A stretch of DNA of 51,406 nucleotides from a virus, in the IMG/VR virus record IMGVR_UViG_3300049811_000206, positions 1 through 51,406 of that record. One strand, given 5' to 3'. The position numbers and the translations under genes are program-made. This document shows positions 1-7,766 of the stretch, in pieces (the stretch's first letter is position 1; every line of letters starts with the position of its first letter). A model generated the notes under the pieces. It was not told where the DNA came from. It searched no databases and was given only the letters and a program-made list of their open reading frames with translations.

Positions 1-117
1 AAACCGCTATTACCGTTCCAAGTCAAACCAAGACCTTGACAAATGGCGCATACACGACACTCACTTGGACCGTTCCAAGCCTTCCCGCCAACGTGGCTAC
101 TGGTTTGCAGGTGCGCT
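1..117. repeat. Terminal redundancy, left copy (identical to 51290..51406)
   Basis: Base-for-base comparison shows 1-117 equals 51290-51406. This implies a circularly closed 51,289-bp unit (assembly overlap) or a short direct terminal repeat. Confidence 0.95.
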
Positions 118-596
118 TTTTCGTGAACAATATGCCCACCGGGGCTTCAAAATATGTCGGTTTTGCCCAAGTCATGCTCAACGCTGGCCCCACAGCGGCC
201 CCCTTCAGCCTTGCGGGCGGGGACATTCAAGGGGAATTGGCGAAGTGTCAGCGGTATACCTATGTGATTGGGTCTAGCCCAAGCGTGGGAGCATATAAAT
301 TAGCTGGAGTAGGTCAAGCATTCGGTGCCGCTGCGGGTGGCGCAATGCTTTACTATCCTGTGACAATGCGCGCCCTGTATAACAGCGTTACTGCAAATGC
401 ATCACAATGGTCCGTTTTGGACGCCGGTGGAACAAATCGTGCCATTACAACCCTTACCCCGAACCTATCTTTCAGCACAACAAACGCCCTATATCTAGGT
501 TGGGCTACGGCTGGAAGTATGGTTGCTGGTAATGCGGCTTTGCTGGTTGGAAATAATAACGCAGCGGCAACGATTGTCATTGACGCGGAGTTATAA
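3..596 (+). CDS. Tail-fibre-like receptor-binding protein, C-terminal part (continuation across the junction of the CDS starting at 50827)
   Basis: Position 36 corresponds to 51325, which is in frame with ATG 50827. It contains GELAKCQRYTYV, an E-L-x-x-C-Q-R-Y motif I recognise from phage tail-fibre C-terminal domains. Stop TAA is at 594-596. Confidence 0.75.
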   Translation, partial: TAITVPSQTKTLTNGAYTTLTWTVPSLPANVATGLQVRFFVNNMPTGASKYVGFAQVMLNAGPTAAPFSLAGGDIQGELAKCQRYTYVIGSSPSVGAYKLAGVGQAFGAAAGGAMLYYPVTMRALYNSVTANASQWSVLDAGGTNRAITTLTPNLSFSTTNALYLGWATAGSMVAGNAALLVGNNNAAATIVIDAEL

Positions 597-599
597 GCC

Positions 600-947
600 A
601 TGACCTTGCCTTGCCGCCACATGCAACGCGCTTACCTATGCCAGACCCAAAGCCTGGCAGCTGCCTTTTCCTCGGAAGTGGCTGACTTCAATGAAATGGC
701 TAGGGGCGCGGTTCAATGGTGGTGGGACGGCGAAGACAACACCACTGGCGAAACGTGGCTTGAAGCAAGTGTGGATGCAATCCATTGGGCACCTATCCCA
801 GGCAGCCGCATGGACCTATCAGAAGCCACGAAATCTAACCTCTGGGATCGGCGCAGCATTGGGTTTCGGTATCTTCGCCTTTGCTACACGCCAAACACCA
901 CAACAACCGGAACACTGACGGCGGTGGCCGTGGGGAAAGCACGATGA
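600..947 (+). CDS. Hypothetical protein (tail-fibre region)
   Basis: 115-aa ORF. GGAG lies 9 nt upstream of ATG 600. Its stop overlaps the next start (ATGA at 944-947). Confidence 0.65.
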   Translation: MTLPCRHMQRAYLCQTQSLAAAFSSEVADFNEMARGAVQWWWDGEDNTTGETWLEASVDAIHWAPIPGSRMDLSEATKSNLWDRRSIGFRYLRLCYTPNTTTTGTLTAVAVGKAR

Positions 948-1294
948 CAATGCTGGAAAGCCCTGTTGTTCCGGTGACCAATGCCCCCGGGGAAAAGCTG
1001 GCCGTTGACGCCACGGTTACTTTGGACACTGCCGTGACCACGTATGATTCAATCAAACACCCCATTACCGACACGGAAAGCCCGTTGACCCTTCCGGCAA
1101 ACACCAAGCGGTTTTTGCTTCGGGCCAATACCAAAAAAGTCACCGTTGGTTTTTCTGCCAATGACCCGGACGCCTTCACGCTGAACCCAGGCAGTGTTTT
1201 TGACAGCTGGGACACCAAGCGCTCAAGCCCCCTTACCATTTATTTGACAGCTTCCCAGCCCACGGATACCGTTACCGTAATCCTTGGTTCCTAA
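944..1294 (+). CDS. Hypothetical small beta-rich protein with the shared C-terminal module
   Basis: ATG 944 overlaps the upstream stop. The C-terminus KRFLLRANTKKVTVGFSANDPDAFTLNPGSVFDSW...LTIYLTASQPTDTVTVILGS follows the same pattern as the C-termini of 1407..2135, 2780..3100 and 36214..36579. Confidence 0.65.
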   Translation: MTMLESPVVPVTNAPGEKLAVDATVTLDTAVTTYDSIKHPITDTESPLTLPANTKRFLLRANTKKVTVGFSANDPDAFTLNPGSVFDSWDTKRSSPLTIYLTASQPTDTVTVILGS

Positions 1295-1406
1295 TTTCAG
1301 CCACTTGCCTAATTTGGCCTAAACATTTCGCACCGCCTGCCGACACCCAAGGCATGCGGTGCACCGCTATGTGGCAACCAAAACTTTCACGTGAAGGGAA
1401 CACACC

Positions 1407-2135
1407 ATGGGACTCAACAAAGACAAGCTGGTTTATGATTCGTCTGACGTAGCCAACAGTGACAGCGTTGCGGCTTTCCTGCGCACGGGCGCGGGTGCCT
1501 TGACTTCCACGAACGTGGGCGGCAAGGAAGCCCTTGACGTGAACATGGTCAATGAAATTGACATCCGTGACTTGGCTTATACCCAAGACAGCGTGACCTC
1601 ACACCAAGGTGGAAGCTGGACCGTTGCCGCGACACAATCCGGCAGCTGGACGGTTGCGGCTACCCAAAGCGGCACCTGGACGGTTGAACAGGGTGGGACG
1701 TGGACAGTTACCGCCACGGCAACGGATTTGGACATTCGTGACTTGGTTGCGGCCTCGGATTCCGTCAGCGCCTACACCAAAGACGGCTCGGGCAATGCGA
1801 TCAACAGCACGTCAAACGCCTTGAATACCTATATCACCAACAGCGCCTTGAATGTTAAAGACGCGGCTGAAGCCATTTCCCACGCCCGCGTGCAAGTCAC
1901 AACCACGTCCGGCCTGTTGATTGCGGCCCTGTCCAATCGTCGCCGCATGGTTGTTCAAAACCTCGGCAACAAGCCCGTTTATGTTGGCGCTTCGGGCGTC
2001 ACGTCCAGCGGTGCAACCCAAGGTATCAAAATCAACGTTGGCGCAAGCTTTGAATTCCCCCTTGGCGCTGGCGCGGCCCTTCACGCGGTGTCTGAATCCG
2101 GCACCCAAGACGTTATTGCTTTCCAAGCGGCGTAA
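1407..2135 (+). CDS. Hypothetical structural protein with internal tandem repeats and the shared C-terminal module
   Basis: GAAGGGA RBS precedes ATG 1407. Repeats are GSWTVAATQS/GSWTVAATQS/GTWTVEQG/GTWTVTATA, flanked by two IDIRDL...DSV units. The C-terminus is RRMVVQNLGNKPVYVGASGVTSSGATQGIKINVGASFEFP...ALHAVSESGTQDVIAFQAA. Confidence 0.75.
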   Translation: MGLNKDKLVYDSSDVANSDSVAAFLRTGAGALTSTNVGGKEALDVNMVNEIDIRDLAYTQDSVTSHQGGSWTVAATQSGSWTVAATQSGTWTVEQGGTWTVTATATDLDIRDLVAASDSVSAYTKDGSGNAINSTSNALNTYITNSALNVKDAAEAISHARVQVTTTSGLLIAALSNRRRMVVQNLGNKPVYVGASGVTSSGATQGIKINVGASFEFPLGAGAALHAVSESGTQDVIAFQAA

Positions 2136-2164
2136 TTTGAACCCCCTCGGGGAAAGGAAAAACC

Positions 2165-2416
2165 ATGAACGTTTCATTTATTGCTGTTGTGACCTCGGTT
2201 CTGAATGGCGTTGAATCCAAGCAAAATATCGCTGTGACCCTTCCCAATGACATTGCGGCTTCCCTTGTTTCGGCCATTGGTGTCAATGACACCCAAGCCG
2301 AACAAATCGGAAAGCTGGGTGACGCCATTGTTGAAATGGGGACCAAGCTGGACGCCGAAACAACCTTGACCGCCAAGGATTTCCAATCGTCTGCCGAAGC
2401 CACCTTGGCGGCTTAA
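2165..2416 (+). CDS. Hypothetical protein
   Basis: 83-aa ORF with AAAGGAAA RBS upstream of ATG 2165. Confidence 0.6.
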   Translation: MNVSFIAVVTSVLNGVESKQNIAVTLPNDIAASLVSAIGVNDTQAEQIGKLGDAIVEMGTKLDAETTLTAKDFQSSAEATLAA

Positions 2417-2444
2417 TGCCCTAAGTTTTGCTGTGACCTCCGTG

Positions 2445-2494
2445 CCCCCTTTGTGCTAGGCTTTCCGCAAGCAACACACAAAGGGGGTTTTCCT
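2445..2494 (+). terminator. Hairpin (11-bp stem) plus T-run; the 3' arm contains the SD of the next gene
   Basis: CCCCCTTTGTG (2445-2455) pairs with CACAAAGGGGG (2477-2487), followed by TTTTCCT and ATG 2495. It looks like an intrinsic terminator and would also occlude the AAGGGGG ribosome-binding site. Confidence 0.55.
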
Positions 2495-2779
2495 ATGGTT
2501 CAAGTGACACAAATAGACGCGCGGCGTGCTACGGAATTGGTCAAGTTTTTGGGCCGGGCCAAGATGGAATTGGAAGGGGCTGAAGAAATGCTGGCCGCTG
2601 GCCAAGTGCTGCATTGGTTCGGGGAACACGCCAAGAAAATCCACGCAGACGTGGCCCAACAAGAAGCCGCTGCCGCCGAAGAAATTCAACAAGCGCTGGC
2701 GTTTAAGCGTTCGGCAGGGGAAACCAAGGGGCAATGTGCTAAAGTGGACGTTGAACCCAAGGCAAAAGGCAAAAAATAA
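2495..2779 (+). CDS. Hypothetical helical protein with basic C-terminus
   Basis: ATG 2495 follows AAGGGGG. The ORF track start at 2453 lies inside the hairpin, so I prefer 2495. Confidence 0.6.
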   Translation: MVQVTQIDARRATELVKFLGRAKMELEGAEEMLAAGQVLHWFGEHAKKIHADVAQQEAAAAEEIQQALAFKRSAGETKGQCAKVDVEPKAKGKK

Positions 2780-3100
2780 ATGGCACCCATTACGGAAAAC
2801 CCTGACCGCGCTGACGTGAATGACGGCAGTTTAATAAGTGCCGTTGTCTCAGTAGGCACCACAGCCGTTGAATTGAAGGCTGGGGCAAGCCGAAACCCAA
2901 GGCGGCAAGGCGTCCATGTATATGTTGATTCCAACAATGTGGACATATACACCGGCCCGGCAGGCGTGACCGCCTCGGGCGCGGCCAAGGGGATTCCGTT
3001 GAATGCGGGCGGGGAACGGTGGTTTCCCGTGGGTGACGTAGCCGTGTGGGCAATCACGTCCAGCGGGACAACAAACGTAATTGTTCAGGAATACGTCTAA
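2780..3100 (+). CDS. Hypothetical small beta-rich protein with the shared C-terminal module
   Basis: ATG 2780 directly follows stop TAA 2777-2779. The C-terminus is RRQGVHVYVDSNNVDIYTGPAGVTASGAAKGIPLNAGGERWFPVGDVAVWAITSSGTTNVIVQEYV. Confidence 0.7.
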   Translation: MAPITENPDRADVNDGSLISAVVSVGTTAVELKAGASRNPRRQGVHVYVDSNNVDIYTGPAGVTASGAAKGIPLNAGGERWFPVGDVAVWAITSSGTTNVIVQEYV

Positions 3101-3915
3101 TGTCAGGCGGACCAAGCGTGTGGACAAGCCCCACCGCACGGGGCACATTCTTTTCAAACGGCGTAGGGAAAGCCCTGCCGTTTTCTGCCGAACGAAACGC
3201 CCAACAAGCCATTCAAGAAGCTTTGCTTCCCACGCCTGAAGTAACCACCACGGCGCTGAATGCCACGAAAACTTTGACGGCAAGTAATCGCCTTGTGCAC
3301 TTGTTTCTTGGCACGGCTACCGGCCAAAGCCTGGTGTTCCCCGCTGCCACCACACTGGCACAAGGCTGGTTTTTTGATGTTTGGAACTTGTCCAGCGCGG
3401 CCATTGCGATCAAAGACGCAGGCGGCAACGTGCTTGTCAATCTTCGAGCCAACGGGCGAACCATTGCTTACCTTCGGGACGCCACAACAAGCAATGGTAT
3501 TTGGGCCTTGACCTATACGCTGGACAACGGCAACGCCTTCGGAACGGAATTGCTGATTGCCACGGCTGACGCTGAAACAAGCAACAACAGTCAAACCACG
3601 TGGGCCAATAAAATCACGCTGACAACGCCCGCTTCCTTGGCGCTTGGTGACTACCTCATTAACTTTCAATTCCAATGGCGGGCAGCAAACGCCAATAGGA
3701 ACGCGGACGTGCGCGTGCAATATGACGCGGCTGACCTTGAGAATTGGCAACCATTCATGAACAACGTCAGTGAACGGCAATTGCTTTCCGGGTTCACTCG
3801 CGTGCAAAACATTTCCGGGGCGCATACCTTCACACTTGATTTCCGCGTGGGGCCAGCTTCCGGCACAACGGTTTATATGTCACGCGCTCGCATGTTTGCG
3901 TGGAGGATTCTGTAA
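3100..3915 (+). CDS. Hypothetical tail-fibre-region protein (beta-rich C-terminal domain)
   Basis: ATG 3100 overlaps the upstream TAA (TAATG). 271 aa with Thr/Asn/Ala-rich composition typical of fibre or receptor-binding proteins. Confidence 0.65.
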   Translation: MSGGPSVWTSPTARGTFFSNGVGKALPFSAERNAQQAIQEALLPTPEVTTTALNATKTLTASNRLVHLFLGTATGQSLVFPAATTLAQGWFFDVWNLSSAAIAIKDAGGNVLVNLRANGRTIAYLRDATTSNGIWALTYTLDNGNAFGTELLIATADAETSNNSQTTWANKITLTTPASLALGDYLINFQFQWRAANANRNADVRVQYDAADLENWQPFMNNVSERQLLSGFTRVQNISGAHTFTLDFRVGPASGTTVYMSRARMFAWRIL

Positions 3916-4622
3916 TGGTTACCTATACGTTTTCAAAGCTGTGCGCGTCTGACCGGCTGCAAAAAGAAGTGCTGGAAAGCACAATCACCATTGCCCTTGA
4001 CCATATTGAAACCTGTGACGCCCCCGCCCAAACCCAGCTGGTGTTTAAGGCAGCCCTTTCGGAAGTCGAACAAAACACGCTTGGCCTTATCGTCTTAAAT
4101 CATTCAGGGGAACCGCTTGCCATTGTGGAACCAACCCCGGTTGAAGTGGTTTCACAACCGTCTATTGCCGTGGAATCCCAGCCGCCATTTGCCGAACCCT
4201 TGCACCGCACAAAGCTTGACGCGGTTGCCTTACCCGTGACGATTCAGCCGGGTGAACAGGGTAACATTGATTACCAAATGCCAAGCGAACGCTGGGCTTT
4301 TGGTGGGGGCGGCTTGGTTGTGGGCGCTGAACCGGGCGATTGGATTGAAGCAATGGTGGTTGACACCCTGGGGCTTATTCCTGAAGCCTATCACGCGGCA
4401 CTCTGTGAACCCGTTCCCGGTTGGCCCGTGGTCAACACTTACGTGGTCAAGCAATGGATTTTGGCGGCTGGTGCCGGGGGAAACACCACGTTTGAAATCA
4501 ACACCTATCCTTTGATTGCCAAGGTCACGCCGGGCTTGACCCTGCGCACCATATACCACGCGGCCAATACAGGGGGACCGCGCACCGTATATGCAAACCT
4601 TTCCCTGACAATAAAGCTTTGA
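3915..4622 (+). CDS. Hypothetical protein
   Basis: ATG 3915 overlaps the upstream TAA (TAATG). An alternative in-frame start is at 3900. Confidence 0.65.
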   Translation: MVTYTFSKLCASDRLQKEVLESTITIALDHIETCDAPAQTQLVFKAALSEVEQNTLGLIVLNHSGEPLAIVEPTPVEVVSQPSIAVESQPPFAEPLHRTKLDAVALPVTIQPGEQGNIDYQMPSERWAFGGGGLVVGAEPGDWIEAMVVDTLGLIPEAYHAALCEPVPGWPVVNTYVVKQWILAAGAGGNTTFEINTYPLIAKVTPGLTLRTIYHAANTGGPRTVYANLSLTIKL

Positions 4623-4626
4623 CACC

Positions 4627-5205
4627 ATGCTGTTTTGTTTCACCGCCACCAAGCAACCACTGTCCCGCGCCGTCCGCTGGGGCCTCGGGGAAGATTGCAG
4701 CCATTTCGCCTTGGTATTCGACGAACGCCCGGAAGGCTATGGCCTTGTGCTTCACAGTGACTTGATGGGGGTTCGCCTGTGCTGGTGGAATGAATTTCAG
4801 AAAACCCACCAGCTGGTGCATGTCCTGCGCCCAAAATACAGCCTTTCACTTCAACAGGAAGAATCATTCTATCGGGCAGTTATTTCCCGCTTTTATGGGC
4901 AACCGTATGATTTCCGTGCCTTTGCTTATTGGGCCTATTGCATGGCCCTAAAGAAAATGGCTAATCGTCCGATTCCCCCTGTGAACGCTTGGGGGGAACC
5001 AAACGCTTTCCTGTGCACAGCCCTGGCACAAGCACTTCGTGACCCGGTTTTCCAAATCCTGAAGCTGAACACCCTGCACACGCTGCCCGATTTTGAAATG
5101 GTAAGCCCCCACCAGCTTTTCCTTGCCTTGTGCAAAAGCCCGGTTTTGGAGGTTTGCCAGTGGAAGAATTGCGCACAATCATCCTCGGAAGTGTCGCCAC
5201 CCTAG
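4627..5205 (+). CDS. Putative permuted papain-fold (NlpC/P60-like, YiiX/C92-type) peptidase; candidate cell-wall hydrolase
   Basis: His comes before Cys: GEDCSHFALVF, then YGQPYDF...NAFLCTALAQAL. This matches the permuted NlpC/P60 arrangement. It sits at the head of the lysis cluster. Confidence 0.5.
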   Translation: MLFCFTATKQPLSRAVRWGLGEDCSHFALVFDERPEGYGLVLHSDLMGVRLCWWNEFQKTHQLVHVLRPKYSLSLQQEESFYRAVISRFYGQPYDFRAFAYWAYCMALKKMANRPIPPVNAWGEPNAFLCTALAQALRDPVFQILKLNTLHTLPDFEMVSPHQLFLALCKSPVLEVCQWKNCAQSSSEVSPP

Positions 5206-5468
5206 TCATGGGTGGCATTGCCTTCCTTATCCGCAGCTACTTCCAGCGAATCCAAGAAGATACCCGAGACATTCAAACCACCTTGAAAGAAGAAAGCCGG
5301 GCCGGGGCCAAGGTGGAAGGTGCGCTCGAAATGCTTGCCCGCGAAGTCAAGGCCCAAGGAGAAGCCGCGACCCAGCTTAGGGGTGAAATTAACGCAATGT
5401 GGCGTTTTCTGGAAGGAAGCCATGCACGTGTAACAGACAAAAAAGGGGGATTGCACCATGTGGACTGA
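5160..5468 (+). CDS. Membrane protein with N-terminal TM helix and coiled-coil tail (holin- or i-spanin-like)
   Basis: GTG 5160 is preceded by GGAGG (5148-5152). The TM segment is ILGSVATLVMGGIAFLI, followed by a charged helical region. The ORF track start at 5130 is also GTG. Confidence 0.55.
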   Translation: MEELRTIILGSVATLVMGGIAFLIRSYFQRIQEDTRDIQTTLKEESRAGAKVEGALEMLAREVKAQGEAATQLRGEINAMWRFLEGSHARVTDKKGGLHHVD

Positions 5469-5649
5469 TTTGCTTTTGAAGGCAGCCATTGCCATGGCCA
5501 TGAAACTTTTGACGGAAACCTTCATTGCCCGGGGGATCATTCGCGCCTCTCGCGCCTTGGCAGACAAAACCACCAACACCCTTGACGATGGCATGGTGGA
5601 CGATTTGGCCGAAGCCCTTAGCCAACCTGACTTGAAAAAGAAGGCGTGA
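5458..5649 (+). CDS. Small hydrophobic/amphipathic protein (lysis-cluster accessory, possible holin-like)
   Basis: AAGGGGGA RBS precedes ATG 5458. 63 aa: MWTDLLLKAAIAMAMKLL...TNTLDDGMVDD. Confidence 0.55.
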   Translation: MWTDLLLKAAIAMAMKLLTETFIARGIIRASRALADKTTNTLDDGMVDDLAEALSQPDLKKKA

Positions 5650-5655
5650 CCTGAC

Positions 5656-6669
5656 ATGATGACACCAATACACCCCGCAAAATCCTGTGCGCAGGAAGAC
5701 ACCCCAAGGGCGGGCAGGTGGAAGGGACGAACGGGCCAAGCTTCGGCGGCCCAACGTAGGGGAAGCAACCCCACCCGAACACGCCTGCTTTTGCTTGTTG
5801 GGGTGGGCTTTTTCTTTTCCTGCGGCGTGTTCAAAACCCATGACGCAGGCACAACCACCAGCCCCAAAAAAGAAGACGTTGTTGCCCGGGTTCGCTTGTA
5901 CTCGGAACAGCTGGGAAACCCTTATGGGCACGTGGCCCGCTGTGACAGCGTGACCTTTGTGGGCGTCTATCAAGCGGGCTTGAGAAGGCTTGGCCTTCCA
6001 CCCGTGGTTGACCTGACCTTGCATGACTATACGGTGCAGGCCGATGGCCAAAAGGTTTATGGGACGGGGGAATTGCACCGAAGCGTTGAACCATGCCACG
6101 TGGACGGATTGCCTAGCTCGGAAAATGATAGCCGTTCGGAATGCAGCCAAGACGGTGTGCTTGCCTACCTGCATGAACGCCTTGCCGCTGGTGATACGGC
6201 GGCCATTCTTCGGGCGATCAGGCACGCCAAGGCTGACGATTGGAATTGGTGCCGTGGTGGGGACGTGGCTTATACGCGGACATTGCCGCTTGCCCCTCTC
6301 ATGAATGACATTGAAGCCAAATTGTCCGGCCACCTTCGCTTGGCCCAAGAAGCTGACGCCCTGCCGTCTTTGGATTCATTCCGTGGAAACGTCCTTTTTG
6401 AGTATGTCGCCTTGAAAGCTGCCGTGTTTGGCTACGTGAATGAAGTGGAACGGCAGGCTGTGGCGGGGCTGGTGAAAACAACCCCGTCAAACTTGGCCTA
6501 TAAAGCGTTTTTCCACCGCTTCGGGGACGGAAACCAGGGGGGGAATTTGCGCGAATTCTTGGTGCCATTCTGGCCGTCTGACAGGCTGCCTTCCCGTGAG
6601 CCGGGACAATTCAGCTGGGACGGTGGCCACAACGCCCAATTGTATGCTTGGGCGGCGGGGTGGCTATGA
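5656..6669 (+). CDS. Putative lipoprotein of unknown function in the lysis cluster
   Basis: A lipobox-like LLLLVGVGFFFSCG follows a roughly 40-aa basic leader, so the true start may be internal. The stop overlaps the next start (ATGA 6666-6669). Confidence 0.55.
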   Translation: MMTPIHPAKSCAQEDTPRAGRWKGRTGQASAAQRRGSNPTRTRLLLLVGVGFFFSCGVFKTHDAGTTTSPKKEDVVARVRLYSEQLGNPYGHVARCDSVTFVGVYQAGLRRLGLPPVVDLTLHDYTVQADGQKVYGTGELHRSVEPCHVDGLPSSENDSRSECSQDGVLAYLHERLAAGDTAAILRAIRHAKADDWNWCRGGDVAYTRTLPLAPLMNDIEAKLSGHLRLAQEADALPSLDSFRGNVLFEYVALKAAVFGYVNEVERQAVAGLVKTTPSNLAYKAFFHRFGDGNQGGNLREFLVPFWPSDRLPSREPGQFSWDGGHNAQLYAWAAGWL

Positions 6670-7076
6670 AGGGACAGGTTGCTTGCCGGTGTGGGTGCGG
6701 GGCGGCCAATGTCGCCCCTGGGTTTTTGGCGGCCATTGCCCGAATGGAAGAAATTCTTGGTTTCGAAGTGGTGGCCTTGTCCGTGTGCCGATGCGAAAAA
6801 CACAATCAAGCCGAAGGTGGGGAAGACAAAAGCCACCACCTGGCGACACCCGCGCATGACTGTTGTGCTGTGGACGTGGAAAGCCCTGATACTGACATGG
6901 ATACCAGGCTGAAGATTGCCAAGGCTGCCGAAGTGGCCGGGTTTCGAGGGTTCGGCTATGCCCGGACCTTTTTGCATATCGACATGGGGCGGAAAAGGTT
7001 TTGGTTCTATCCGGGGTTCTTGACCCGCCACCCTGCCCTATGCCCATGGAAAAACCCAGCGGAGACTACCCAATAG
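6666..7076 (+). CDS. Peptidase M15A-family (VanY / L-Ala-D-Glu peptidase-like) endolysin
   Basis: SVCRCEKHNQAEGGEDKSHHL...AVDV...FLHID matches the RC-x-x-HN-x-x-x-GG-x-x-x-S-x-H ... A-x-D ... H-x-D zinc-peptidase pattern of M15 cell-wall peptidases. Confidence 0.8.
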   Translation: MKGQVACRCGCGAANVAPGFLAAIARMEEILGFEVVALSVCRCEKHNQAEGGEDKSHHLATPAHDCCAVDVESPDTDMDTRLKIAKAAEVAGFRGFGYARTFLHIDMGRKRFWFYPGFLTRHPALCPWKNPAETTQ

Positions 7077-7094
7077 CTGGGCACTCCTGAAGGG

Positions 7095-7130
7095 GGCAAG
7101 CCTTTGAAAAAGGGCTTGCCTTTTTCTTTT
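7095..7130 (+). terminator. Rho-independent terminator ending the late/lysis block, at a convergent junction
   Basis: GGCAAGCC (7095-7102) pairs with GGCTTGCC (7113-7120), followed by TTTTTCTTTT. Confidence 0.8.
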
Positions 7131-7233
7131 GGGCTTGGCAATCTTGGTTTGTTCGCGGTTTGAATACTTGCCCGAAAGGGCTGGTGCGATAATCAAGAAC
7201 GATGGAAGCCCCGAGGTTAACCCCTTGGGGCTT

Positions 7234-7398
7234 TTATGTTTTCCCCATGCGCGGCTTTTCTGTATCGTGGCCGGATTCAAACACGTTGCGCCATAAGCGC
7301 GTGGGAAGGTCAAGCCGCGTGGGTTTCCTGCAAAATTTGACAATGGCCATAATGCACAAGGTCACCAGGCCGAAAAGGCACAAGGCTAACGCAGTCAT
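7234..7398 (-). CDS. Small membrane protein (54 aa)
   Basis: ATG 7398 overlaps the TGA of the upstream VRR-NUC gene (ATGA). The TM segment is MTALALCLFGLVTLCIMAIV. Confidence 0.45.
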   Translation of the reverse strand: MTALALCLFGLVTLCIMAIVKFCRKPTRLDLPTRLWRNVFESGHDTEKPRMGKT

Positions 7399-7766
7399 GA
7401 AGCTTGGCCCGTCAAATCTATCCCACATAAAACCCCCTTGCGATTGCGCTTTGCGACCCACGCCCCCAATTCAGCGACAATCAGACAAAAATTTTCAGGA
7501 TACACCACGGCAGCAAATCCCCCCGCCGTGGCTATTTGCCGAAGGTTATGCACTTGCAGCGTGTCAATTTTTGCTTTCGCGTCACGCTTTAATTCCAACG
7601 CCACAAACTGACCGCGAACGCACGCCAAAATGTCAGGCGTGCCACGCAAGCCCACTTGTTGCACCTTCACAGCCCACACCTGCGGCAGCGTGCGAAGCCA
7701 AGCTTGGACCTTTTGCTTGAAAACGGTTTCCGGCTTCACAGGCTTACCTTTTTCTTGTCTGCCCAT
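7395..7766 (-). CDS. VRR-NUC domain nuclease (PD-(D/E)xK)
   Basis: GTPDILACVRGQFVALELKR is the D...E-x-K motif of VRR-NUC proteins. GTG 7739 overlaps the polymerase stop (GTGA) and has AAAGG upstream, so it may be the real start. Confidence 0.8.
   Translation of the reverse strand: MGRQEKGKPVKPETVFKQKVQAWLRTLPQVWAVKVQQVGLRGTPDILACVRGQFVALELKRDAKAKIDTLQVHNLRQIATAGGFAAVVYPENFCLIVAELGAWVAKRNRKGVLCGIDLTGQAS

Noticed and set aside
7038-7720. ORFs 7038..7343 (-, 101 aa) and 7202..7720 (+, 172 aa) near the convergent junction
   Set aside because: The first spans the terminator and has no RBS. The second is antisense to the VRR-NUC gene and to the coupled small membrane gene. Neither has recognisable features.
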